This document shows, one piece after another, positions 20,861 through 31,641 of a DNA stretch of 64,000 nt. This stretch comes from an uncultured Alphaproteobacteria bacterium (GTDB taxonomy: Bacteria > Pseudomonadota > Alphaproteobacteria > Rhizobiales > Xanthobacteraceae). Made by a program: the position numbers and the translations under genes. Each line of letters starts with the position of its first letter. Position 1 is the stretch's first letter. The stretch covers positions 68,070 to 132,069 of the forward strand of contig CAVPDL010000017.1 of assembly GCA_963702635.1 (NCBI GenBank), given 5' to 3'. The notes under the pieces were generated by a model. It saw only the letters and a list, made by a program, of their open reading frames with translations. It searched no databases and was not told the origin of the DNA.

Positions 20861-23576
20861 TCACACCCTCTCCACAAAACTATCCACCACGCGCTTCTCG
20901 CCCGCCTTGTCGAACGCGATCGTCAGCTTGTTGCCGTCGACCACGACGACATTGCCGTTGCCGAACTTCTGGTGAAACACGCGGTCGCCGACCGTGAAAT
21001 CCGACACAGTGCCGGTCGATTTCGCCACCAGCTCGCCCTCGATGGTGAGCGGCGCGCGTTCGCGGCTCTCGGCGCTGCGGCCGCCGCCTCCCCCTCAAGG
21101 GCGGAGGTGACGGGCGTGCTCGTCATCGTCGTCGTCAGAGTCGGGTCGATGTGGTCGAGCGCGTCGTCGCCGACGCCCTTCTCGCCATAGCGCGGCGCGC
21201 CGGTCTCGGAAAATCCGCCGCGGCGCTTGTTGGCCTGGGCGCGCTGCCAGCCGGGCGTGCCGTAGTTGCGTCCGAACGCCGTCATCTCGTCGAAGCGCGA
21301 GGCGCCGAAGCCGGCGGCGCCGCCGAAGCTGCCCTTGCTCTCGGTGACCTCGACGTTGGCCTCCGGCAGCTCGTCGAGGAAGCGCGACGGGATGTTGGTC
21401 TGCCACAGGCCGTGGGTGCGGCGGTTGGTGGCGAAGTAGATTTTGGCGCGCTTCCTCGCCCGCGTGATGCCGACATGGGCGAGGCGGCGCTCCTCCTCGA
21501 GGCCGGCGCGGCCCTGCTCGTCCAGGGCGCGTTGGTGCGGGAACAGGCCTTCCTCCCAGCCCGGCAGGAACACGGTGTCGAACTCCAGCCCCTTGGCGGA
21601 GTGCAGGGTCATCACGTTGACCGCGTCCTCGTTCTCGGCGCGGTCGGTGTCCATCACCAGCGAGATGTGCTCGAGGAAGCCCGCGAGGTTCTCGAACTCC
21701 TCCATGGAGCGGACCAGCTCCTTGAGGTTCTCCAGGCGGCCGGCGGCGTCGGCGCTTTTGTCCTTCTGCCACATCTCGGTGTAGCCGCTCTCGTCAAGCA
21801 CGATCTCGGCGAGCTCGGTGTGCGGCAGCGTGTCCTTCTGCACGCGCCAGCGGTCGAAGCTGTCGACCACGCCGCGCAGCGCGCCGCGCGGTTTGGGCTT
21901 CAGCTCGTCGGTCGCCGATACCGCGCGCGCCGCCTCGAACAGCGGCACGCGCCGCTTGCGGGCGTGGTCGTGCAGGAGCTGGATGGTGGCGTCGCCGAGG
22001 CCGCGCTTGGGCACGTTGACGATGCGCTCGAAGGCGAGGTCGTCGGTGGGCGAATGCACGACGCGGAGATAAGCCAGCGCGTCGCGGATTTCGGCGCGCT
22101 CGTAGAAGCGCGGGCCGCCGATCACGCGATAGGGCAGGCCGAGGGTGACGAAGCGGTCCTCGAACTCGCGCATCTGGAACGAGGCGCGCACCAGGATCGC
22201 GACTTCGTCGAGCAGATGGCCGGAGCGCTGCAGCTCCTCGATCTCCTCGCCGATCGAGCGCGCCTCCTCCTCGCTGTCCCAGGCGCCGGTGACGGTGACC
22301 TTCTCGCCCGGCACGTCCTCGGTGCGCAGCGTCTTGCCGAGCCGGCCTTCGTTGTGCGCGATCAGGTGGCTCGCTGCGGCGAGAATATGTCCGGTGCTGC
22401 GGTAGTTCCGTTCCAGCCGGATCACCTTGGCGCCCGGAAAATCGTGGTCGAAGCGCAGGATGTTGTCGACCTCCGCGCCGCGCCAGCCGTAGATCGACTG
22501 GTCGTCGTCGCCGACGCAGCAGATGTTTTTCGGCGGAGCGATTTGCGCTGCGCTCACCGCGGGCTCCGCACCCTCTCCCCTTGCGGAAGAGGGTGGCGAC
22601 CCCGGGCGAGCGAAGCGAGACCCGGGGGAGCCGGGTGAGGGGTCGGAGTCGATGTCTGGCGCTGACCCCTCACCCGCCCTCGCGGCTATCGCCGCTCGGG
22701 CACCCTCTCCCGCAAGGGGAGTGGGTAACGGAGTGCGCTGCGCCGACGCGGACACACTGGGCCGCTGCGCAATCAGCCGCAGCCAGAGATACTGCGCGAC
22801 GTTGGTGTCCTGATACTCGTCGACCAGGATGTATTTGAACCGCTGCTGGTACTGCGCCAGCACCTCCGGGTTCTCGCGGAACAGCCGGATGCATTCCAGC
22901 AGCAGGTCGCCGAAGTCGGCGGCGTTCAGCACCTTCAGCCGCTCCTGGTACGCCTGATAGAGCTTCTTGCCGCGGCCGTTGGCGAACGCCGCGGCTTCGC
23001 CGGCAGCGACCTGCTCCGGCGTCAGCCCGCGGTTCTTCCAGTGATCGATCAGCCCCGCCAGCACGCGCGCCGGCCAGCGCTTCTCGTCGATCTTCTCGGC
23101 TTCGAGCAATTGTTTCAGCAGCCGGATCTGGTCGTCGACGTCGAGGATGGTGAAATCGCTCTTCAGCCCGACCAGCTCGGCGTGCCGTCGCAAAATCTTC
23201 ACGCCGATGGCGTGGAACGTGCCGAGCCACGGCATGCCCTCGACCGCCTGGCCGACCATGGTGGCCGACCCGCTCCTTCATCTCGCGCGCGGCCTTGTTG
23301 GTGAAGGTCACCGCCAGGATTTCCGACGGCCGCGCCCGCCCGGTCGCGAGAATGTGGGCGATCCGCGTGGTCAGGACGCGGGTCTTGCCGGTTCCGGCGC
23401 CGGCCAGCACCAGCACCGGGCCGTCCAGCGTCTCGACCGCCTCGCGCTGCTCCGGGTTGAGGTCGGCGAGATAGGCCGCGCCCGCGCGCGCCGCCATCGC
23501 CCGCGCGGCGATGCCGCCCGGGGCGGGTGCCGCCGGAGCCAGCTTCAAAATCGCTGTGTTTTGCTGGATCAGCCAA
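20861..23576 (-). CDS. uvrD: UvrD/PcrA ATP-dependent DNA helicase (frameshifts near 23520, 23262 and 21070; start uncertain)
   Basis: [64 protein letters not shown]-terminal HQKFG domain. Confidence 0.95.
22571..22725. repeat. family A palindromic element inserted in frame in uvrD
   Basis: ccctctccccttgcggaagaggg...gggtgagggg/cccctcaccc...ccctctcccgcaaggggagtggg. Confidence 0.85.
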
Positions 23577-23665
23577 GGCCGAGCTTGTTCCACGAGAATC
23601 ATGGGTAGAAAATGGCACTCGGGACCTGGATTTGCGAGGGGAAGCCCACAGGGCATGATGGTCGG

Positions 23666-24666
23666 ATGAAAGCCATTCTGCTGACCCGCACCGGCGATCC
23701 GTCCGTCCTCGAATACGTCGATGTGCCGACGCCGCGTCCCAAGCCCGGCGAGGTGCTGGTCAAGGCCGACACCATCGGGGTGAGCCGGCCCGAATTGCTG
23801 GTGCGGCGCGGCGTCTATCCCTGGATGCCGCCGCTGCCGGCGATTCCCGGCATCGAGATGGCCGGAACGGTGGCGGAGCTGGGCGAGGGCGCGACGCGCT
23901 TCGCCCTCGGTGAAAAGGTCTATGTCACCGCCCGCGAACTGCCGGTCCGCGCCGGCTGCTACGCCGAATACATCGCGGTGCCCGAGCGCGCCCTGTTCGC
24001 GCTGCCGCCGCAGACCGATCTCGAAGCCGCGGCCTGCCTGTCCAACTACCAGGTGGCCTGGCACCTCCTTCACACCGCCACCCGCGGCGCGCCGGGCAAG
24101 TCCGTGCTGGTCGGCTCGGCGTCCGGCGGGCTCGGCAGCGCCGCGGTGCAGCTTGCCAGGCTCGCCGGGATGACGACGATCGCGCTGGTCGGCGCCGAGG
24201 AGAAGGCGCGCGCGCTGAAGGCGTTCGGCGCCGACCACGCCGTCGATCCACGAGCGAGGATATTGCGGCACGCGTCGCCGCGATCACCGGCGGCGCCGGC
24301 GTCGACCTGATCCTCGATGCGGTCGGCGGCAAGGACTTCGCCAGAGTTCCTGCCGATGCTCGGGCCGTTCGGGCTGCTTGGTGTCCTACGGCAAGCTGGT
24401 CGGCAAGATCGAGGGCAACGTGATCGACGCGCTCGACAGCGGGCCGGGCTATCTGAACAGCGCGGCGGTGCGCATCTTCACCATGCACACGCTCGACGAC
24501 AAACCGGACGATCCGCGCCGCGTCGATGAACGATCTGATCGCAAAGCTCGCCGCGGGCGCGATCCGCCCGCTGATCCACGCCCGCCTGCCGCTGAAGGAC
24601 GCGCGCCGCGCCCACGAGATGATCGAGGCGCGGCAGGTGATCGGCAAGATTTTGCTGAAGCCGTGA
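23666..24666 (+). CDS. NADPH:quinone reductase / MDR-family oxidoreductase (frameshifts)
   Basis: [53 protein letters not shown]. Confidence 0.88.
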
Positions 24667-24670
24667 GGTC

Positions 24671-25663
24671 TCAATCCACCGCGACGAAGCCCGAGGCTTT
24701 CACCACCGGCCCCCAGCGCTTCAGCTCCGCCTTCATCGTCTCGGCGAATTGCGCCGGCGTCTGGAACGTCGGCACGCTGCCGAACTTGGCGAGATTGTCC
24801 TTCAGCGCCGCGGATTGCGACGCCTCCTTCATGGCCGCGCTCAGCGCGTTGAGCACATCGGCGCGGCACCTTGGCCGGCAGGAACAGGCCGACCCAGGTT
24901 TCGACCACGACATCGTAGCCGGCTTCCTTCGATGGTCGGCACGTCCGGCAGGAACGGCGAACGCTTCGAGCCAGTGACCGCCAGGATGCGCACCGAGCCG
25001 CCTTTGGCGAGCGGGATGCTTTCGCTCAGCGGATTGACGCTCGCGGGAATGTGGCCGCCGACGACATCCTGCAGCGCCGGCGCGCCGCCTCGGTAGTGCA
25101 CCGGGTTCATCGGCGTCTTCGATTCGTTCGACAGCATGACGCCGACGAAATGCGGCGTGGCGCCGGCCGAGGTGGTGGCGTAGCTCGCCTTGTCCGGGTT
25201 GGCTTTGCACCACGGCGACGAAATCGGACAGCGTCTTCACGCTTGCCGGCACCGCGGGGCCGACGACGAAGCTCAGCATCGACTGGGTTGCCGGCGCGAC
25301 CGGCGTGAAGTCCTTCAGCGGATCGTAGCTCAGCGACTTGAAGCTGTGCGGATAGAGCGTCATCGGGAAGTCGGGCGTGAACAGCATCACGGTGCCGTCC
25401 GGCTCGGCGTTCTTGACGTATTCGACCGCGATGCGGGCGCTGGCGCCGGCCTTGTTCTCCACCAGAATGGTCGAGGCATAGCCTGCGCTGCGCAGGCTTT
25501 CGGCAAGCACGCGGGCGGTGACGTCGGTGCCGCCGCCGGCCGGAAACCCGACGATCATGTGCACCGGCTTCTTGATCGCCTGCGCCTGAGCCCGGGGCAC
25601 GGCGCCCGTTCCGGCAAGCAGGCCGCCCGCCGAAGCCGCAAGGAAATGACGGCGATCGAGCAT
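24671..25663 (-). CDS. TctC/Bug family substrate-binding protein with Tat-type leader (frameshifts)
   Basis: DRRHFL leader; VGFPAGGGTDVTAR, VENKAGA, VHYRGGAPALQD. Confidence 0.88.
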   Translation of the reverse strand: MLDRRHFLAASAGGLLAGTGAVPRAQAQAIKKPVHMIVGFPAGGGTDVTARVLAESLRSAGYASTILVENKAGASARIAVEYVKNAEPDGTVMLFTPDFPMTLYPHSFKSLSYDPLKDFTPVAPATQSMLSFVVGPAVPASVKTLSDFVAVVQSQPGQGELRHHLGRRHAAFRRRHAVERIEDADEPGALPRRRAGAAGCRRRPHSRERQSAERKHPARQRRLGAHPGGHWLEAFAVPAGRADHRRKPATMSWSKPGSACSCRPRCRADVLNALSAAMKEASQSAALKDNLAKFGSVPTFQTPAQFAETMKAELKRWGPVVKASGFVAVD

Positions 25664-25672
25664 GGCGCGCTC

Positions 25673-26653
25673 CTATTCCTTGAACTCTTGCTTCCGCGTG
25701 TTGGCGATCCTGATCAACGTCTCGGCGGACTTGCGGTCCTCCTTGAGAAACGCCGCGAAGTCCGCGGGTGTGGTCGGCGCCGACACCACCGCCTGCTTGT
25801 CGAGGAAGGTCGCGAATTTCGGATCGCCGAACAGGCCCGCGAACTCCTTGCTCAGTCGCTCGACGATGTCCGGCGGAGTGCCCTTTGGCACGGCCACGCC
25901 CCACCAGCCGCGGCCTGGATATCCGCCGAGGCCGGCCTCGTCCAGCGTCGGCACGTTCGGAACGAGCGGCGAGCGTTTGTCCGAGGCGACCGCGAGCGCC
26001 TTGACCTTGCCGGCCTCGACCAGGCCGAGGAAGTTGCCGACGCCGAAGCGCGTCATCTGGACGTCGTTGGCCGCCACCGCCTGCGCCGCCGGCCCGCCGC
26101 CCTTGTAGGGGATGCCGACGATCTTCGTGCCCCATTGGTTGTTCAGCCAGACCATGAACAGTTCGGGGAACGAGCCTTCGCCGAGCGTGGCATAATTGAG
26201 CGCGCCGGGCTTTGCCTGTGCCAGCGCCTTCAATTCGGCGATCGAGTTGACGCCGAGGCCCGGATTGACGAACACGCCTTCGACCAGAAAGAACAATCGC
26301 GCCACCGGTACGAGGTCGTGATCGGCGTCGTAGGGCAGCTTGGTGAATATCAGCGGGTTGTAGGACGTTTGCGCGTGGTTGATGATGCAGACGCTGTAGC
26401 CGTCGGCCGGCGCCTGGGCGCAGGCCCTGGCGCCGATGATGCCGGACGCGCCGCCCTGGTTTTCGATCACCAGCGGCTGGCCGAGCCGGCCCTGCAGCTC
26501 TGCTGCGGCTGCGCGCATGATGACGTCGGTGACGCTGCCGGCGGCAATCGACACGATCATGCGGATCGGCCTCGTCGGATATTGCTCCGCCTGCGCGGCA
26601 AAGGCGAAGCCTGCCGACAGCAACGCGAGCAACGTGCGGACGATGGCTCTCAT
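25673..26653 (-). CDS. TctC/Bug family substrate-binding protein
   Basis: YPTRPIRMIV, GQPLVIENQGGASG, APADGY, IPYKGGGPA. Confidence 0.9.
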   Translation of the reverse strand: MRAIVRTLLALLSAGFAFAAQAEQYPTRPIRMIVSIAAGSVTDVIMRAAAAELQGRLGQPLVIENQGGASGIIGARACAQAPADGYSVCIINHAQTSYNPLIFTKLPYDADHDLVPVARLFFLVEGVFVNPGLGVNSIAELKALAQAKPGALNYATLGEGSFPELFMVWLNNQWGTKIVGIPYKGGGPAAQAVAANDVQMTRFGVGNFLGLVEAGKVKALAVASDKRSPLVPNVPTLDEAGLGGYPGRGWWGVAVPKGTPPDIVERLSKEFAGLFGDPKFATFLDKQAVVSAPTTPADFAAFLKEDRKSAETLIRIANTRKQEFKE

Positions 26654-26680
26654 ATTTGTTCTCCCCGATAGCGACAGATT

Positions 26681-27655
26681 TTATTCGATGACTTCGTCGG
26701 CGCGCAGCAGCACCGCATCGGAAATCTTCAGGCCGATCGTCTTGGCGGTCTTCAGATTGATAACCAGCGCGAACCGCTGCGGCGTCTGCACCGGCAGGTC
26801 GGCCGGCTTGGTGCCGTGCAGAATCTTGTCGGTGAGGAACGCGCCCTGACGGAAGATTTCCGGGAAGCTCGCGCCGTAAGACATCAGGCCGCCCGCCGCG
26901 ACCGTGTCCCGGGTCTGGAACATCCCCGGCAAACCGTAGCGGAACAGCAGCGCGATGATTTTCTGCATGTGGCTCTGGAGGACCGGATCGCTGGTCAGGA
27001 GCACCGCGTCGGGCCGCCCGCGCGCTATCGCAGTAAAGGCGCCATCGAGGTCGCTTGCGCTGCGGGCCTCGACGGCAGTGAACTCGAGGCCCTGCGCCGA
27101 CGCCGCGGCGCGTAATTGTTCCAGGATCACGCGATTGGACAGGTTGTCGGGGTTCCACAGGAAAGCGACACGGGAGGCGGATGGGATCACCTCCTTGACC
27201 AGTTGCAACCGTTTGGGGCTGAGGTCGGGGGAGAGAATGGTGTTGCCGGTGATATTGCCACCGGGATGGGCGAGGCTTTGCACCAAGCCGGCCGCTACCG
27301 GATCGCCGACCGCGATGGCAACGATCGGAATGGTGGAGGTCGCGGCCTTGGCGGCTCGGCTCGGCGGCGTACCATAGGTCGCGATCACGTCGACGGGGAG
27401 GCGAGCAAGCTCAACCGCCGCAGCCGTGAGGCGGTCCGGATTGCCTTCGGCGGTGCGGTAAACGTAGGCGATGCTCTGGCCTTCGACATAGCCCGCGGCC
27501 CGCATGCCCTCCCGGTAGGCGTCCCACAGCGGCCCGTCGTCGATGATGCCGATACGCGGAATTTTTTTCGGGTTCTGCTGGGCGCGGGCGGAGCAAGGCA
27601 AACCCAGCGACGCAGCGATCCCGCCGATGAGCGCAATGAATTCGCGCCGTTTCAT
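26681..27655 (-). CDS. ABC transporter substrate-binding protein (COG2984-like)
   Basis: MKRREFI leader; DPVAAGLVQSLAHPGGNITG, GGLMSYG, KPADLPV, RADEVIE. Confidence 0.9.
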   Translation of the reverse strand: MKRREFIALIGGIAASLGLPCSARAQQNPKKIPRIGIIDDGPLWDAYREGMRAAGYVEGQSIAYVYRTAEGNPDRLTAAAVELARLPVDVIATYGTPPSRAAKAATSTIPIVAIAVGDPVAAGLVQSLAHPGGNITGNTILSPDLSPKRLQLVKEVIPSASRVAFLWNPDNLSNRVILEQLRAAASAQGLEFTAVEARSASDLDGAFTAIARGRPDAVLLTSDPVLQSHMQKIIALLFRYGLPGMFQTRDTVAAGGLMSYGASFPEIFRQGAFLTDKILHGTKPADLPVQTPQRFALVINLKTAKTIGLKISDAVLLRADEVIE

Positions 27656-27749
27656 ATGCTGCTACCGCGCCTGAGAACCGCTTCAATATAGCGCGGCCCG
27701 GATCTGCTTAATAGCAGCGCGTCCGGGCCGCGATGGCGGATCGAAGGCC

Positions 27750-28483
27750 TCAGAGCTTCTTGGCGAAGGCGTCCTGGATGAAGTCGTCGAGCCATCCGGT
27801 AGGTCTGGCGCGCGGCCGGCGCGTTGTACTCGGCGATGCCCTTCATCATGGTTTCCTCCTCGGCGAAGGAATGCAGCCGGCCGCCGAAATCGAGCATCTG
27901 CCAGTTGGCGCTCGGCGCCATCCAGCTCGGCTTCGAGCGCGTCGCGCTCGGCTTTCGGAGCCGCCGGGTCCTTGGAGCCGTGCAGCACGAACACCGCGGC
28001 TTTGATGTCGCCCTTCTTCGCCGGCATCGTGGTGCCGAGGTCGCCGTGCATGCTGACCACGGCGTCGAGGTCGGCGCCGCTGCGCGCCAGCTCCAGCACG
28101 TTGCCGCCGCCGAAGCAGAAGCCGACCGCAGCCTTCTTCGAGCGGTCGCCGATGCCGCGCTTGTCGGCCTCGGCGATCATGGTCTGCAGCGCGGCGTTGA
28201 CGCGCTTTCGGCCTTCGACGCGGTCGGCGCGCACCGCCATCATCCACTCCTGCGAGGTCGGCGGGCCAGCGCAGGTCTTGCCTTCGCCGTACATGCAGCC
28301 GACGAAGGCGACGTATTTGTCGCCGGCCATCTTCTGCGCACGCTTGATCGCGTTCTCGGTGACGCCGAGCCAGTTCGTCATCACCAGCAGCAGCGGCCGC
28401 TTGCCGCTGACCTTCTCGTTCCACACCAGCGCGCCTTTGCCCTTGACGCTGCCAGCCTGATAGTCAATCCGTTCGACCGTCAC
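27750..28483 (-). CDS. dienelactone hydrolase family protein (frameshifts)
   Basis: GFCFGG nucleophile motif, HGSKDP, LHSF. Confidence 0.88.
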
Positions 28484-28556
28484 GTTGTCCTCCTATGCTG
28501 CGTTCGTGCGAGGATGCTAGCGACCCGCGGCGAACAGCGTCAACCGGAGCAGCGCC

Positions 28557-28970
28557 ATGCCGAAGCTCGACGGCATCCTGGAAACCGCCATTCACACCGA
28601 CGACATGGAACGCGCGCGAGCGTTCTACGAGGGCGTGCTTGGGCTTGCGCCGATCTACGCCGACAACCGGCTGTCGGCCTATGCGGTGGCGGGGCGCGAT
28701 GTGCTTTTGGTCTTCCGCAAGGGCACCACAGGGCAGACCGTGGTGCTGCCGAGCGGCACCATCCCGGGCCATGGCGGTGACGGTCAACTGCACGTCGCTT
28801 TCGCAATCGGCAAGGCCGACCTTGAGCAATGGGAAAAGCATCTGGCCGAGCGCGGCGTCGCCGTCGAAGGCCGCAACGATTGGTCCCGCGGCGGCCGCAG
28901 CATTTATTTCCGCGACCCCGACGGCCATCTGCTTGAGCTAGCGACGCCCGGGTTATGGTCGGTGTATTGA
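28557..28970 (+). CDS. VOC/glyoxalase family protein
   Basis: ILETA..ARAFYEGVLGL, HVAF, SIYFRDPDGHLLEL. Confidence 0.9.
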   Translation: MPKLDGILETAIHTDDMERARAFYEGVLGLAPIYADNRLSAYAVAGRDVLLVFRKGTTGQTVVLPSGTIPGHGGDGQLHVAFAIGKADLEQWEKHLAERGVAVEGRNDWSRGGRSIYFRDPDGHLLELATPGLWSVY

Positions 28971-29210
28971 ACGAATCTCGTTGGCCGGATTGGGGGTGTC
29001 GATGGTGACCCGCCATCGCTCTCCCGGAGAATCCGCGTACGCGGGCTCCATGGAGAGAACGATCCCGGCATAGGATTTGACTCGCCCGGTAAGGGTGTCG
29101 GTACCGCCAACGGATATCGGTTGTCCGAACTCAAACGAATGTCGGCAACGCTCGGCGTCATCGTCGCTGCTGATATAGAAATGCAGTTTCACACCAGCAC
29201 CGCCTTTCAA
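28953..29210 (-). CDS. small hypothetical protein
   Basis: 85-aa lower-GC ORF in a gap between two genes; no motif recognised. Confidence 0.4.
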   Translation of the reverse strand: MKGGAGVKLHFYISSDDDAERCRHSFEFGQPISVGGTDTLTGRVKSYAGIVLSMEPAYADSPGERWRVTIDTPNPANEIRSIHRP

Positions 29211-29377
29211 CCAGTGGCACGGCGAGGCAAGGCTAGGACTGGCTTCTTGGCAAATCCTTGCGAGAAAGCTTACGGTACGTCAGAGCTCGAAAATCGATTT
29301 TTTACCACGACGCACCCGGCTACCGGCGCCGTCGGGTTCCTTGACGCCAAGCGAGTCGCCGGTCCGCAGTCGTGCGG

Positions 29378-29884
29378 CTACGACTTCCCCGGCATCGCCA
29401 CGCTGCGCCCGGCGGCTTCGGGCCGCGGCAACTGGCCGTGCGACGCCTTCATCTGGATCAGCCGCCGCGTCACCTCGGCCGGAAACGGCGCGACCTTCTT
29501 GGCGTTCATGTCGACGTGCAGCGACATGTTCTCGGAGGTGGCCGAGACCCAGCCCTCCTCGGCGTGGAACAATTGCTCGAAATAATGCATCCGCTTTGAA
29601 TCGTAATCGAGCAGTTGGAAAGTGACGCGCACCGGGTCGCCCGCGTGCAACTCGCGCAGGTAGCGCACATGGACCTCGGCGGTGAAGGTCGAGAAGCCGC
29701 GCTTGACGTAGTCGGCGCCGCAGCCCAGCAGCTCGAACACCTCGTCGACCGCACGGTCGAACAGCACGTTGTAATAGGCCATGTTGAGATGGCCGTTGTA
29801 GTCGATCCAGGCCGGCTCCACGGTCATCACCGAGGAGACGAAGGGGGCGAAAAACACCGGTTCAAGGTCGCGGCGGTCGAGCAT
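29378..29884 (-). CDS. acyl-CoA thioesterase (4HBT-like hotdog fold)
   Basis: WIDYNGHLNMAYY, FTAEVHVRYLREL. Confidence 0.88.
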   Translation of the reverse strand: MLDRRDLEPVFFAPFVSSVMTVEPAWIDYNGHLNMAYYNVLFDRAVDEVFELLGCGADYVKRGFSTFTAEVHVRYLRELHAGDPVRVTFQLLDYDSKRMHYFEQLFHAEEGWVSATSENMSLHVDMNAKKVAPFPAEVTRRLIQMKASHGQLPRPEAAGRSVAMPGKS

Positions 29885-29947
29885 CCCGCCATTCTGTACA
29901 TATTCCTTAACCGGTTCGCAAAAGTCTTGACCGGATTGCGATAAAGC

Positions 29948-31481
29948 TCAGTCCAAGCCGGCGCGGCGGAACCCGTCCAGATAGTGCTCGCGGTCGGCAT
30001 CATCGCGGATCGGCATGTTCGCGGCGATCCACGCGACCGAGATGTTGGGCTGGGCGCGACGCAGCTCCCGCAGTGCGGCTTTCGCAACCTCGGTCTGACC
30101 CGCCATCCCGGCCGCTGCGGTCAGCACTCGGTGGGCGCCGACGAAGTCGCCGCGTTGGCGCAGCGCCTCACGCGACAGCCGCATCGCTTCGTCGTAGTTG
30201 CGGCCGAGGTACTGGGCATAGGCCACAATCCCGAGGTAGACCGACGAGTATGGATCGCGCGGACTCAAGCGAACGGCGCGGCGGGCGGCCTCTTCGCCCT
30301 CCTGCCATCGGCCGCTGTAGCATAGCGATACGCCGTAAAAGGCTTGCGCCAGAGAAAAATTGGGATTGAGGCGGAGCGCCAGCTCATACTCGGCGAGCGA
30401 GTCGTCGAAGCGACGTTCAACCAGATAGACGTGTCCGAGGGCGCTGTGAGCCCAGGGATCTTCGCTGTCCACACGTATGGCGGCAAGCGCCGCGCGCTCC
30501 GCCATCGCCACCGCCTTTTCGTCCGCCCAGCCCATATGAGCGCTGAAGATGTAGCTGGTCGCCAGCACGCCCAGTGCCTGGCCGTAGTTCGGATCGATGG
30601 CGATGGCCTTTTCCAGCAGCGCCTGCGCGACCACGTTGTCCTGCCGCGTGACGCGCCAGTAGTGCGACAGCGCACGCATCACCAGGTCCCAGGCGTCCAT
30701 GCTGTCGGGGGCCTTGCGCTGGGCGCGGAAATTCTCCGCGGCATAGAGCTGCGGCTCGATCGTGGCGACGATGGCCTCGGTGATGTCGTCCTGCACCGCG
30801 AACACGTCGGCGAGATCGCGGTCGTAGCGTTCGGCCCAGAGGTGGCTGCCGCTGGCGACGTCATTGAGCTGCGCGGTGATGCGGACGCGGTCGCCGCCCT
30901 TGCGGACGCTGCCTTCGAGCACGTAGCGGACACCGAGTTCGTCGGCGACCTGCTGGAGGTGGACCGATTTGCCCTTGTAGACGAACGAGGAATTGCGCGC
31001 GATGACGAAGAACCAGCGCAGCTTCGACAGCGCGGTGATGATGTCCTCGCTGATGCCGTCGGAGAAATACTCCTGCTCGGGGTCGCCGCTCATGTTGGTG
31101 AACGGCAGCACCGCGATGGCGGGACGGTCGGGCAGGGGCAGGGCGGCGGCCGCCGGCGTGGTAGCGTTTTCGGCCGCACGGACGTCGGCGACAAAGCGCA
31201 GGCCCTTGCGCGGCACGGTTCTGATCAGGCGTTGCTCGTCGCCATTGTCGCCGACGGCCTTGCGCGCGGCGTTGATGCGGCTGGTCAGCGTTGATTCCGA
31301 GACGATCCGGCCGCCCCACACTGAGTCGATCAGATCGGACTTGCTCACCACACGGTCGCGGTTCTCGACCAGATAGACGATCAGGTCGAACACCTGCGGT
31401 TCGACCGCGATCGTCTCCAGCGCCGCGGCGCAATTCGCGCCGGTCGACGTCAAGTGCATGATCGCCGAAGAGAAATTGCAC
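29948..31481 (-). CDS. wHTH (OmpR/CadC-type) + TolB-N-like + TPR regulator (frameshift near 31420)
   Basis: VEPQVFDL..LVENRDRVVSK, IRTVPRKG, PAIAVLPFTNMSGDPEQEYFSDG, TPRs. Confidence 0.88.
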
Positions 31482-31641
31482 GCGTGCCCCGTAGTATTTG
31501 ACCGATAGGTGTGGTTGCTGCGATGCCAAATCAAGCCATTTGGACGCTGCCGGCCCTGGCCTTTATCGATTACAGCGCGCCGTCCTTCGAACGGAGGGCC
31601 GAGATGACAGTCGTCCGTTCGGTAAAGCCATGGAACGGGCC

